Shown here one piece after another: positions 39,583-53,141 of a stretch of 64,000 nt of DNA. Source of the DNA: Tubiluchus corallicola (Eukaryota > Animalia > Priapulida). The stretch covers positions 1-64,000 of the forward strand of contig JAQGDQ010000477.1 in NCBI GenBank assembly GCA_030141605.1, written 5' to 3'. Position numbers and translations under genes: made by a program. Under the pieces are notes generated by a model that was not told where the DNA came from, searched no databases, and was given only the letters and a program-made list of their open reading frames with translations. Position 1 is the first letter of the stretch. Each line of letters starts with the position of its first letter.

Positions 39583-40734
39583 GAAGAGGATTTCAAAAAT
39601 GAAATACCAAGCTTCTGAAAAATATAAAACTTGTTAACTTCTAAAATGTCAATTTTATCATAATTTTCACTACTTACATACATTTTCATTGAAAATACAC
39701 TTGCTATCTTCAAACATTAATTCAGTTACTCATATTAATTAGTAGTCTATATACACGCCAAGCACACATGGAGTTAATTGATTCAAAACTGTGATGCTTA
39801 GCAAGATCATTTCACCTCATGCTAATGTCTCACAACATTTCTTAAAACTATCCTAATAAAGGAGCCCTTGCTTTTGTTTGGCTCGCTGCTTCTATCACTT
39901 TGCTTAGACACAACTTGAAAACAATCATTTTGCAAACGCCAACCCATCCAGACACTTCTTATGTCTGATGTTGCTTAACTACTGAAGGCAGTATGTTTGT
40001 ATGTCATAAAATGATTAAACATAACGTTTTTGAGATATTAGTACATGACTTGTATTGATAAATGAGATGACAAGGCCAGTTGCTATGGTAACTATAACAG
40101 TATAATTTGAAGCCAACCACAAATCAACCAATCAGCAACGTAATGCCTCTAAGTTTAAACTATTATGTAGTGAAATTTCACTACTGCCGATTGGTGGGGC
40201 TTGGAAGTCTAGCTGTGCTGCTGCAAAAATCAATATATCCTGTTGATATCTTCATAACGACTCGTCTATTTATAGAACAAGAACGTCACAATAACGGCTA
40301 GTGCATAAATTATGTAGATATAATTACGCCTGGACGGTTTGACACATCCAAGTTTTTGAGTACCATACTGTACATAGGGACAAATTACATAGAAACATAT
40401 ATCTGAACTTCTTTACATTTAAACTGTTTTCTATTAAAATTTCGAGAAAAAATATTTGAAATAAAAAATTGTGTCACTCTGCCTGCTTGGTTCGTGCTGC
40501 ATTTAATATTTTTGTTAGTGTTGCTAGCATTCTGATTGTCAGCGTCATTGTCACAATTGTAGTCATTGCCACTGCAGTTTGAAAATGAATGTTGTTGCTG
40601 CTGCTGCTGCTTTTTCGTGCACTTTCATATTTTTAATGCCATATAACTGTTATCATTGTCGCTGTTGCCGTTATCATCGTCATTATCATCGCCGTCGTCA
40701 TTGCCGGTGTTTGCATCGATGTAGTTGTTATTAT

Positions 40735-41832
40735 CTTTGTTGTCGTCTGCTGTTGCATACTGCCTTTGCTTTGTTGTTGCTGTTGCTATTGTTGTTGCTA
40801 TTGCTGTTACTGTTGTTGTTGCTATTGCTGTTGTTGCTGCTCGTTGTGATGGTGTTGCTATTGTTGTTGCTACTGCTGTTGCTACAGCTTTTGCTTTGTT
40901 GTTGCTGTTGCTGTTACTGTTGTTGTTGCTATTGCTGTTACTGTTGTTGTTGCTATTGCTGTTGTTGCTGCTCGTTGTGGTGGTGTTGCTATTGTTGTTG
41001 CTACTGCTGTTGCTACTGCTTTTGCTTTGTTGTTGCTGTTGCTGTTGTTGTTGTTGCTGCTATTGCTGTTACTGTTGTTGTTGCTACTGCTGTTGCTACA
41101 GCTTTTGCTTTGTTGTTGCTGTTGTTGTTGCTGTTGCTATTGTTGTTGCTATTGCTGTTACTGTTGTTGTTGCTATTGCTGTTGTTGCTGCTCGTTGTGA
41201 TGGTGTTGCTATTGTTGTTGCTACTGCTGTTGCTACAGCTTTTGCTTTGTTGTTGCTGTTGCTGTTACTGTTGTTGTTGCTATTGCTGTAACTGTTGTTG
41301 TTGCTATTGCTGTTGTTGCTGCTCGTTGTGGTGGTGTTGCTATTGTTGTTGCTACTGCTGTTGCTACTGCTTTTGTTTTGTTGTTGCTGTTGCTGTTGTT
41401 GTTGCTATTGCTGTTACTGTTGCTGTTGTTGCTGCTCGTTGTGGTGGTGTTGCTATTGTTGTTGCTAGTGCTGTTGCTACTGCTTTTGCTTTGTTGTTGC
41501 TGTTGCTGTTGTTGTTGCTGTTGTTGTTGCTATTGCTGTTACTGTTGCTGTTGTTGCTGCTCGTTGTGGTGGTGTTGCTATTGTTGTTGCTACTGCTGTT
41601 GCTACTGCTTTTGCTTTGTTGTTGCTGTTGCTGTTGCTATTGTTGTTGCTGTTGTTGTTGCTATTGCTGTTACTGTTGCTGTTGTTGCTGCTATTGTTGT
41701 TGTTGCTATTGTTGTTGCTGCTGCTATTGTTGTTGCTGTTGCTGTTGTTGCTACTGCTGTTGCTATTGCTGTTGTTACTGTCGTTGCTGTTGCTGTTGCT
41801 ATAGATGCTGCTGACGTCGTCGTTGTTGTTGC
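40735..41832. repeat. (TTG/CTG/CTA)n compound repeat with higher-order blocks
   Basis: Landmark ctcgttgtg(a/g)tggtg recurs at ~40840, 40971, 41191, 41322, 41435 and 41560. Confidence 0.95.
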
Positions 41833-42426
41833 TTCTAGCATTACAATAATCAGAACTATATTTTTCATCCCGAAGAACATGACCATTAATCAGACAGTCA
41901 CGTGACACGAGACTAAACCGCCACCTATACTGAGTCGATATTATTGTAAGGATTAGACACAATAATTGCAACTCGCAAGTAAGCCACTGACACGTGAACT
42001 TTTTCGGAGTCTTTTGGCCTGTGCCTCTTAAAAGAAACAGAATTGCTGAAATAAAAATAAGCGTGGTTTCAAGGACAGTTAACGCAAGAGGTCGCTGCTC
42101 CAACCCAATTATGGAGTTTATTTATTACGCGGCTATCAATAACAGATTTCTCATCTCGGCGTTTCCCGTCCAAAATTCTGTTGCGCCAAAGACTTTGCAA
42201 AGGAAATGACTAATTTTGTTGCCCAGAATTGTTACCAAACGTGTTTTTCATATTTAGTTTTTTTCACTCGCTGTCCGGGGAATAAAAGCAAAACTTTTAG
42301 AGGCAGAATGCGTACAGCACGTGATCCAGAACGTGGCTGTCATAAGTAAACGTATATTTAACGAAGGGTGTTACGCACTCGACCAAAATCTGAGAAAATC
42401 AGATCAACTTTGTCGTTTATCTAAGA

Positions 42427-42912
42427 CAGAGGTGTACAAATTGCGGCCCGCCGTGAGAATTTGTGCGGCCCGCGAAGAGATTTGTCAACCTAATGAAAGT
42501 GCGGCCTGGTGATTAATTGAGTGTATCCAGCTGAAGTCCGTGCCACGATTCCAAAGATAGTGCGGGTAGTTTTTTCTACTAGATCGGATGCTATTAACCC
42601 TTACAAGACGGTTGTAGCTTAATGTCACTGTACTACTCAGACTGTGTGATACATATTACTAATATACATTGTAATGAAATTACCACTATCTGTCCTGAAA
42701 GTAGAAATATATGGTTTGTAATATAAATTTTAATAACTTCTAAAATAGTTTCTTGAGCGTAGTAGTAATGATGATGTACGCAGGTCGGATGTAAAAAAAT
42801 CGTTATTAAGCCTTTCTGTACTTGGCTCCTTGATCAAACTGCCAATGTGGCCCACAGGAATTGCGGGAAAGTTTAATGTGGCCCGGCTAGTCAGATAATT
42901 TGCACACCCCTG
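42427..42912. mobile_element. hAT-superfamily MITE with a perfect 8-bp TSD
   Basis: TIRs cagaggtgtacaaatt / aatttgcacacccctg. ATCTAAGA at 42419-42426 and 42913-42920. Subterminal gcggcccgc and tgtggccc repeats. Confidence 0.93.
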
Positions 42913-44058
42913 ATCTAAGAGATATAAAACGTACAAAGTTGATCTGACACCAGCTCTTCACGATTATAATGAAGCTTAAGATGTCCGTTAGATTGGGAAA
43001 TCGAAGCTACATAGGACAGTCTAGTGAGAATGCTTTCCTGGCAACAGGTTAAGCTTCCATGTGACACTTTGGGATCATTTACCTCTGTTAGCCTATGCAA
43101 CGTGAACAGGATGATGTGACGGTCACGGCAATTGAACACCAATTACACCATCATAAGATTCTTCGACAATATGCTGTTATAGATCACCACACGTCAACGG
43201 GTAAGTTGCCTGCACGGATAGGGCAGAAGTACCAGATTTGCAAAAATAAAAAATGTCTCGGTGTAGCGGAATGGCGAAGTTTTTCATACGGAATGCCGCT
43301 ACTGCATTTTGGCAAGAAAAATGAGCAGCTTAGGCGTGGGAAATCAGGCAAAACTGTCTTTCGATGAATAAGTCGAGTCAAATTATTCACTTCACTGGCG
43401 TATGAAATAATAAAATTTACCATTGAAATGAAAAGTACAAAAAGAAGATAGACTAGTCGTGTTTACACACAGCCAGTTTGAGAGAGCGCATTTAGTTTTA
43501 TCGTGCCATATATCATCATATCTGACTGAATCATCCATGTAAGAGTAATAAATTGACTGACCTGCGATTAATTCTGCTGTTCATGACCCCGTGTATTTAG
43601 GTAAAGAATTTAGTTTAGTATTAAGCTGGTATTTACACGTCGAATGGTGTTGCATCTTTTACGTAAATATTTAGCACGATCAAACAAATGACCTCATTAA
43701 ATGTTGATTTTAATTACTGAAAACGTAAGCAGCACGACTATATGAAGCAATTAGAAATAAAAAACGCGTCTATCAAGATAAATTTGGCGATGTTACTAAG
43801 TAGATACCTTCTGATAAACAAACGTGGGACATTTCCATTTATAACACGAAGGTAAGAGATAGTTGTCATAAAAAGACAGCAATTTAAAATAAGGAAGCGA
43901 ATAAGAAATTCTTTTACCGATATTCGAATCAAGAATGCAAAGCTACGATGTAGTATCAAAGTCCAACAATTATTTCTTTATTTTTATTAATCTAAAATTT
44001 TTAGATGCATCTTGAAATTCTCATGCCATGCAGCTAATTGCTTTGCATTTTTACTATA

Positions 44059-44830
44059 TCAAATGTCAAATGCAGACCTGCGTTAACTCAAATGTAGATT
44101 TAGGTAATTCAAATGTGTCTTGGTAACTCAAATGTAGACTTGGGTAGTTCAAATGTGTCTTGGTAACTCAAATGTAGACTTAGGTAGTTCAAATGTGTCT
44201 TGGTAACTCAAATGTAGACTTAGGTAGTTCAAATGTGTCTTGGTAACTCAAATGTAGACTTAGGTAGTTCAAATGTGTCTTGGTAACTCAGATGTAGACT
44301 TTGGTAGTTCAAATGTGTTAACAATGGTTTTCAAGAAATCTTGAACGTTTTTGGTAAGTCAAATGTAGACACATGTCAAGTCAAATGTGACATTGGAATC
44401 TCAAATGTGGATAGGTGGTAAAGTTTAAGGATGCTAAATTTAATCTTCTTTAATTTCAATTTAACAATTGCTCTTAAGTTAAAATAACAATGTTATATGT
44501 CTACTAATATTCTGTAAACTTTACATACCATTGGAACTGTTAGAGAAAACAATACATTATTGAAATAAACAATGTTTCTTGAGAAAAACAAATTCATTAA
44601 TGCAGTGCTAAAATTACTTAAAAAACTAATTACTGATTCACTGTTCATTGGGAAGTGGGAACCAATTCCACTACATTCTTAACGTTAATTGCATCTACAT
44701 TTGACTTACCTAAGTCACATTTGAGTTACCAAAACACATTCGAAATTCCTAAGTCTGCATTTGACTTACCTGTGTCTACATTTGACTTACCTAAGTCACA
44801 TTTGAACTTTCCTGTGTCTACATTTGACTA
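44059..44830. mobile_element. Foldback-like element with arms built from ~20-bp tcaaatgt subrepeats
   Basis: Left arm 44059-44410 includes a 40-bp dimer repeated ~6 times. Right arm 44691-44829 holds the reverse-complement subrepeats (acatttgacttacc). AT-rich spacer between them. Confidence 0.8.
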
Positions 44831-45067
44831 GTTAAAACTCTAGTTAACCAGCCTTGCTTTCGATGTGCCAGATTTCTTGTTCATTCTACACTGTTTTTAG
44901 CACAACGTAAGCCAAGTGACTACAAGTCCATTATGATAGCACTCACTAGATTCTGACGCCGCGTGGCAGCATTCCATTCAGCAGTTTTTTCCCCTCTGAT
45001 ATGATAATAGACAGGAAACGATTTTTTTAGGGAGCAAACTGCAATCAACGATTCCTGCACTCGACAG

Positions 45068-45679
45068 CGCACTAGCAAGTATTGAGATTAGTGAGATTTC
45101 TCACCAAGTAACTCGCAAGCGTTTTCACATTAGAGAAGAAAAGTTGCTGTGAGTTACTCTCCATAGTAAGTGCGAATTGGCACTCACTTCTCTATTCACT
45201 GGGAGAAGTGTCGAGAGTAACTCGCTGAGGCGTTAACACTGGACAGTAACTCGCAAGCACGTTCAGACTACAGAGCTAAACGTGCTGTGAGTTACTCTCC
45301 ATTGTAAGTGCGAATTGGCACTCACTTCTCTATTCACTGTGAGAAGTGTCGAGAGTAACTCGCCGAGGTATGCACATTGCACACTAGGCAATAAATCAAC
45401 TCGCCAAGTAACTCACAGCCATGTTCAGTCGAGAAAGCAAAACTTGCTGTGAGTTACTCCCTGACAGTAAGTGCGAGCTGACACTCACTTCTCTATTCAC
45501 TGGGAGAAGTGTCGAGAGTAACTCGCTGAGGCGTTCACACTGGACAGTAAATCAACTCGTAGCAACTGTCGAAGAGTTTGCAATAACTTGCCAACGGAAA
45601 CTCGCAAAGCAGTTCACACTTGCGAGTTTGATGTCGGAGAGAAAACTCGTGACAAAAAACTTGTTAGTCTGAACGCACC
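45068..45679 (+). mobile_element. PIF/Harbinger-like MITE family B, copy with a triplicated ~140-160-bp internal module
   Basis: Right end tagtctgaacgcacc|tta complements the ggcgcgttcacactag start of the 58594 copy. The module with ctattcactg.gagaagtgtcgagagtaactc occurs three times. Left end degraded. Confidence 0.7.
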
Positions 45680-46279
45680 TTAACAGAAGAAAATCCCATT
45701 GAGTTGAACATGATTTACTATAAAGTATCTTCGGGCACTACTCGGAGAAATTGTGAACGTGCATGAGCGGATGAATAAACGAACGACCAAGAGAACGAAC
45801 GAAGAAGAAGAGGAAATAAAGTAAGCAAGAAAGAAGGAACAAGAGAGCAGAAAGAGAGAAAAGAATGAACGAAGAGGAAGGAAGTGTGGAAATAAAGGTA
45901 AGATGCACAAATACAAATGACGCTAAACTGATGAAACAAAATACGATTAACCAACACCAAATCAGAAACACAAATGAACGAACGACTGCATCAAACGACT
46001 ACCTACTTACCTACAAACTAACTAACCAATTGTTCAACCGGCTAACCAACGGTCACAAAGCAAACTCATCACTAATCAACCAACGACGTGATAAAGAGTT
46101 GATCAAACTAACCAAACAGCTCACTAACCAGCCAACCAGCCAACCAACCAACCAGCCTGCCAACCCACCGACAGGATTTTTCTTCCTGTCTTTTTCATTG
46201 CCTTCTTTTTTCTGTTCTTCTTGTCTTTCTTCATTCATTCGTTCGTTCGTTCCTTCGCTCATTCATTCAGTCATTCAGT

Positions 46280-46425
46280 TCGACTTTCAATGTATTACTC
46301 CACCTTACAGCACAGTGGAGTTATTTTGTGGAATAGTGTACCCAATACAATCATTTCCTCTCCTCCTTTACAAATAGCTACCAAACAATATAAGATATTT
46401 TTACTTAGTAAATATTCATTGGCGT
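46280..46425 (+). mobile_element. Small L2/Crack-type LINE 3' coding remnant
   Basis: STLQHSGVILWNSVPNTIISSP...KQYKIFLLSKY resembles the ORF2-terminal G..LWN.LP..I......FK...K..LL motif. Confidence 0.55.
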
Positions 46426-46574
46426 AGAAAACCAGAGGTTTTTTCTCCTTTTGTGCACGTGTGTCTTTTTGCACTAGTGTTTTTCTTTTACTAATAGGTA
46501 CCATTACGATCTTTGTTACTTATTAGTAAAAGGTATAAATCAATTTAAATGAAATTATTCATTCATCGCAGCCT

Positions 46575-46735
46575 ATATCAAAATCGTAATTACATATTAT
46601 GTTTTCCTTATGTTTCCTTGCTATTATTACATCATTTACTTTATCTCAAAATTATTTCGATATTTATATCAAAATCGTAATTACATATTATGTTTTCCTT
46701 ATGTTTCCTTGCTATTATTACATCATTTACTTTAT
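46575..46735. repeat. ~70-bp direct duplication (period ~90 bp)
   Basis: tatatcaaaatcgtaattacat...catcatttactttat twice. Confidence 0.88.
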
Positions 46736-47835
46736 TACATCAATTTCATTGAGTCATCTACAAAAGCACGCATAACTTTAATAATTTTTTTCATTTTCAT
46801 TTAAGTAAGTTGAGTGTGTTAATGACCGTATGGTCGTACACTCACCTCGCACTACTCAAATCATTTTATTTATTGTTTTATTTATGTGTACAATACTGTA
46901 TTTTGATGTGTGAAAATAAATTCATAGTTCATAATAGTTCTGAAACCAGTGATTACAACATCCAGTGGACGCACTGCATTTAGAACTCTAAGCGGGATAA
47001 CACCGGAAATCAATGAACTAGAAATAAACCACCGTTTTATCAATAATAATGCAGAAAAAGACCACCACGAAGCTAGGAGCGGCGTAGTTCAACATGTCCA
47101 CAAAACTTAAGCCTGTTTCCCATTAGAAAGACATAAGCAAAGGGACTGCGCCGCGTAGCCTAGAGGTTTCCGCTACTGACAGCTATAATTGTCTTATGCT
47201 TCACAAGCTTGTTTCAATGAACACGCAAAAAACTTCGACTTTTGAAAGATTTAAGAGTCAAATGGCCTTTCACTGATCGAGATAAAGATAGGCTCTCGTC
47301 GCCTCTGGGTTTCCTGTGGGACAGGCAGCACCGGATGTTACGATTAAAAAGCAAAAGAATTGAGAAGAAGAAACGAGTTTTTGCGTGTATCCCGCGACGG
47401 AAGCTGTTGCTAGACGGAGATTTCATGCCCGCGGGTTTCCGGTTGCCTTCCTCGAGGATATGACGTGTAGAGTTTGGTAAATTAGCGTGTCATTAGAGCC
47501 ATTATACCTGCACGGTAATCACCTTCATTTACCCAAATTCTCACAAGAACATTTTCTTCGCGAGGCTGCCGTTTCCTTTCGACAATATTTTACCCTCTTT
47601 TTTAAAGTTCTGCGATTATTCCCTTGATGCAAAATTGCATAAATAAGAATCAGCAAATTCTTAATTAATAGGAAGTATATCCGACGCAAGCTGTCAATAT
47701 TACATTGAGGCATGTATATTCTATGTAGGACTAATGATTATTACGATATTATATACGACGAAACGACAAAAATACAAAAATTCCTCTCATGCTATATAGA
47801 TGACATTTCTTTTGTATTTTAACACTGTCATCAAT

Positions 47836-47888
<53 letters not shown>

Positions 47889-48156
47889 TATCATCATCAT
47901 CATCGACTCATCATCGTCATCATTATCATCATCATCATCATCATCGCCACCACCATAATCATCATCATCCTCGACTCAGCATCATCACCATTATTATCAC
48001 CATCGTTGTCGTCGTCGTCATCATCACCACCACCACCATAATCATCATCATCATCATCATCACCATAATCATCATCATCGACTCATCATCATCACTATCA
48101 TCATCACCACCACCATAATCATCAACATCATCGATTCGTCATCATCATCACCATCA
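47836..48156. repeat. (CAT/CAC)n compound repeat with atcgactc landmarks
   Basis: Direct inspection. Same landmarks as 50447-50965. Confidence 0.93.
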
Positions 48157-49100
48157 TTCGCCGATCTGGTCAGAAGTTTGGTCAAGTGGTTTTGTAAGAC
48201 TAAGTAAGGCACAGTAAATTCTTAATTTTTAATCCGCGAGCAGCGAATTCTACGAAACGGTTACGCTGACTTTATTGTTATTTATAACAATAAATGCTTC
48301 GACAGCTTCACGAAACTTGATACCTGGGATAAGTTAAAGGGTCGAAATAAGAGCCAAAATGCGGAAATTCGGGTAAATTGTTCAGTCACGCGTGAATATA
48401 TCGCACTTGCTTAGGCACACTGATCCGTCACATATTTGTAAGCGTAATAAATCTACAGTTTTTGACACGAATAAACGACACTGGACCAGGCATAGTCAAC
48501 TGATAAACATAGTGCTGCTCGCAGACGGCTCTCGTAAAGATAGCAAAATACTTGTTCAAATATAATACATCTTTCCCTCGATGGCTGCTAATGATCTAAC
48601 GAAGACTACCATTAAATGGTCATCATTTCTCTAAGATCTCTAAAATCTTTAAATAAATAATAAATAATGACCACTCACTCACTTGGTCTATAGGTAAATG
48701 TCATTACGAATTTTTTTAATAAAAAAACTTTGATTTAGCCAATGAGTCTGTCGCATTTGCGGTTGACATTTTTGAACTCGCTTCTTGAATAAACTTACAG
48801 CAATTGTTTATTTGGCAAAAACCTGTCAGCCCCCAATGCCCGAGAGACAAGGTAACGAAAGAAGCAGACGAGAGCTGAGGTCAGGGTGTCGAATGAAGCA
48901 GCTTGTTTACAATGTGGCCGAATTTCGTTTACGTGCTGGTATCAACTGCAATAAACTAGCTGAGTTGACTTGAAAAGAAGCGTAGTCCAATATGAAACTG
49001 TTATCAGCTTTTTCACTAAACATTTCGGAAAATCTCTCAAAAATTTCGTGGGTAAGAGTGATTTTGTAACAGTGCAAGAAAAAGGAGAGAACGGAAGAAA

Positions 49101-49416
<316 letters not shown>

Positions 49417-50446
49417 ACTTGGCTACTGACATCGCTTTCAATTTACAATTCTGCTTTAAAGGCTGGAAACTCAAGGCGCACATACTTTCCCAGTTACATC
49501 ATACTCACATATAAAGAAGCATGGAAGCCACCCCCGGATTGCACTGCTGCTCCACCCCACGCAGTGGTTTCATCACGTTACTGTCACGCATGTAATTTAC
49601 TCCAGCGCAGAAGCAGGGCACAGGCCCTGGGAAAGTACACAGCCCGATTTCTTCTGCGCAATAACATTATTACTATCTTCAACATTTTGTTTATGGCATG
49701 TAAAGCTGCGGTTATCATCAGAAGCTGATGGTCGGCGTGTCAGATTGCAACGTCGCAAGAAGCCATTGAAAGGAAATGTTTTAGAGATTGTTGTTGTTCC
49801 TCCGAGCAGAAGAGGTCACGTTGCTTCCCACCACCTTCAAGCGAAATATTCACTCAAGTTAAGTAAAATCCGACACGTGAAACATTTATGAAAAACAAAA
49901 TAAGGTAGATTTACAATGTGAAGGTGTGAAGGTAGGCGGTGTCATTTTGCAAACTAACAAACTGCGTAATAGGAGTATAAAATTTAAGGTATTACGAATA
50001 GCAAAATGCGCTGGTATTTCACTACTTTTTAAGAAAATTTTGTAGAAAAGATTTCATCTGACTTTTCATATGATACGAGCGCCAGATATATTTCTACTAG
50101 ACTTAATCTTATTTATTTTGATGTGATTCAAAGAAAATGTGCATACAGTTTATACGTCTTGAATAAGAATGAAAATTTTATATGCAAGAACATTTTAAAC
50201 AGCGATGTAAACTTTACCTCCGAGATTAGCCGGAAAGTGGCGAAGTTTGTTATATGATTAATTGTTATTTGTGTTATTATTGTGAACCATAACTATTGTA
50301 TTTCTTGTATCAAATTGTGTTGTGAATATGAACTGTGTAAAGTTTGAAATAAAATATTAAATCAGATCAAAATCAAATCTAACCTATTACGAGCATCAAT
50401 ACGGACACGATAAAGATTTTATGTGACCTTGGCAATATTTATGTGA

Positions 50447-50748
50447 CCACCGCCACCGCCACCACCATAATCATCATCATCATCATCATCACCACCACCA
50501 TAATCATCATCATCATCATCATCATCATCACCATCGTTGTCGTCATCATCATCGACTCATCATCATCACCACCACCATAATCATCATCATCATCATCGAC
50601 TCATCATCATCATCATTATCATGACCGTCGTTGTCATCATCATCATCGACTCATCATCATCGATTCATCATCATCATCATCACCACCACCACCACCATCA
50701 TCATCATCATCGACTCATCATCATCACCACCACCATAATCATCATCAT

Positions 50749-50780
<32 letters not shown>

Positions 50781-50828
50781 CCACCACCACCATCATCATC
50801 ATCGACTCATCATCATCATCATTGTCAC

Positions 50829-50867
<39 letters not shown>

Positions 50868-50965
50868 TATGATCACTGCTATCGACAACATTGTCATCGT
50901 CGTCGTCATCATCATCATCACCGTCATCATTCTCATTGTCGACACCACCACCTTAACCATTATCA
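50447..50965. repeat. (CAT/CAC)n compound repeat with atcgactc landmarks
   Basis: Direct inspection. Confidence 0.93.
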
Positions 50966-51401
50966 TCAGCAGTACATTCTGATTTCGATTTCTCGCTTCG
51001 ACATGACTCTTCCAGCAAAACGTGGCAAAAAGCGAGCCTGGTGAGATAACACAGATGCAGAGTAACGTCATCTGTTAAACGAAACACATGACAAGATTGT
51101 AAGCTGCTCGAAAGTTGATACACACGTGTGGCCAAACTCCCCCAGTGGGACGCTACGGTTTCTGGAGGTTTAGCCCCTATTTAGTAAGCCAGCTCCTGCT
51201 ACGGTTTTTCACCAGCAAAAAACACGGTAATTCAATAAACGTTGTTTTGCGTACAGTTGTATAAACAGTATGACATCACGTTTTGTCCTTAGCCATTAAA
51301 TTTGTCCTTGTGCAAGAACAACTTTGATGTGTACGAGAGACAATCAATTATGAGTCAAGGTTGCCTCATCTATATATATATATATATTTACGTTAATCCC
51401 G

Positions 51402-52401
51402 GTAATAAAGTCACAAGTAAAAACGCCACAGATATTTGGTCACAGGAAATACGTGGCAGCAAAAAAAGGCACAGGAAAAATGAATAGCCTTGAGCCTAAG
51501 TCTAGCCCTAACCCTAAGTCTAGCCTTGAGCCTAAGTCTAGCCCTAAGTCTAGCGCTAACCCTAAGTCTAGCCTTACCCTAAGTCTAGCCCTAACCCTAA
51601 GTCTAGCCCTAACCCTAAGTCTAGCCCTAACCCTAAGTCTAGCCCTAACCCTAAGTCTAGCCCTACCCCTAAGTCTAGCCCTAACCCTAAGTCTAGCCCT
51701 AACCCTAAGTCTAGCCCTAACCCTAAGTCTAGCCTTGAGCCTAAGTCTAGCCCTAACCCTAAGTCTAGCCCTAACCCTAAGTGTAGCTTTGAGCCTAAGT
51801 CTTGCCCTAACCCTAAGTCTAGCGCTAACCCTAAGTCTAGCCTTACCCCTAAGTCTAGCGCTAACCCTAAGTCTAGCCCTAACCCTAAGTGTAGCCCTAA
51901 CCCTAAGTCTAGCCCTAACCCTAAGTCTAGCCCTAACCCTAAGTCTAGCGCTAACCCTAAGTCTAGCCCTAACCCTAAGTCTAGCCCTAACCCTAAGTCT
52001 AGCGCTAACCCTAAGTCTAGCCCTAACCCTAAGTCTAGCCCTAACCCTAAGTCTAGCCCTAACCCTAAGTCTAGCCCTAACCCTAAGTCTAGTCCTAACC
52101 CTAAGTCTAGCCCTAACCCTAAGTCTAGTCCTAACCCTAAGTCTAGCCCTAACCCTAAGTCTAGCCCTAATCTTAAGTCTAGCCCTAACCCTAAGTCTAG
52201 CGCTAACCCTAAGTCTAGCCCTAACCCTAAGTCTAGCCCTAACCCTAAGTCTAACCCTAACCCTAAGTCTAGCCCTAACCCTAAGTCTAGCGCTAACCCT
52301 AAGTCTAACCCTACCCTAACACTATCCAAAATGAATTGAGACTTTTTTCCTGTGACTTTTACCTAGCCAAAACTGTGACGTTTCTCCAATGACTTTATTA
52401 C
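51402..52401. mobile_element. IR element enclosing a telomere-like satellite
   Basis: Left gtaataaagtca...aaacgccacag...cacaggaaaaa and right ttttttcctgtg...ctgtgacgttt...tgactttattac are imperfect reverse complements. Confidence 0.75.
51495..52320. repeat. 18-bp interstitial telomere-like satellite (CCCTAA CCCTAA GTCTAG)n, ~45 copies
   Basis: Direct inspection. The minus strand has two TTAGGG plus CTAGAC per unit. Confidence 0.97.
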
Positions 52402-52874
52402 GTCGTCAGTTATGTATATCAGAAAGAATCAACAGCTTTGTGTTGAAGATCTGTGTGTAAATTTCTTAACTTGGTATAGTGATTCAGAAACCAATTATAG
52501 CAAAACTGTTATGACTGCAGATACTTGTAACATTTTCGAAATGCAACGCGAAAGTTTCGTACTCTGTCAGAAACATTTTTTACATTTTCCCACTGCGGTT
52601 TTCTTCTAGTGTTGAGCCCTCTGTTAACAAGTGAACATACACAAAAAAAGCCGATAAACATAAACATCCTGTGCCTATTGGTGCCAATGGTTTTACTACT
52701 GAGCCAATCCGACAGGGCTGGTCAACATCCGCCGAACGTCATGTCTCAACAACCAATGACAATTTGTCTCTGGGAGATAAGACGGCTACTGCAGGGCAGA
52801 GCTGCACTTGTTGGCTGGAGTCCCGAATGTTTGTTTGTTTAGTTGGTTCGGCTTCGGAGCTGGATGATCATGTC

Positions 52875-53141
52875 GTGTTTCAAAAGAAACACGTGGCTGT
52901 AGGCTGCGTTCAAGCGGACATGTTTGAAATTCTTGAGACAAATATTCAGGTTGTGCAGAGGCCACACTGATCGTCAAAAATCTTACGACATTAGAGAAAC
53001 CTTTATTCAGAAGTACAATAAGTTTGTGTTTCAAAAGAAACACGTGGCTGTAGCCTGCATTCAAGCGGACATGTTTGAAATTCTTGAGACAAATATTCAG
53101 GTTGTGCAGAGGCCACACTGATCGTCAAAAATCTTACGACA
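52875..53141. repeat. 151-bp tandem duplication, second unit interrupted by a LINE
   Basis: gtgtttcaaaagaaacacg... starts at 52875 and 53026. The rest of the unit (cgacatta.agaa.cctttatt.agaagtacaataa) resumes at 53722. Confidence 0.88.

Noticed and set aside
40579-42103. 411-aa Leu/Cys-rich ORF and mucin-like minus-strand ORFs
   Set aside because: Products of the TTG/CTG repeat, open in multiple frames.
51453-52329. (TLSLAL)n / (GLDLGL)n ORFs, or a true chromosome end
   Set aside because: An 18-bp satellite translation. The array is internal, regularly interrupted by GTCTAG and bounded by IR arms.
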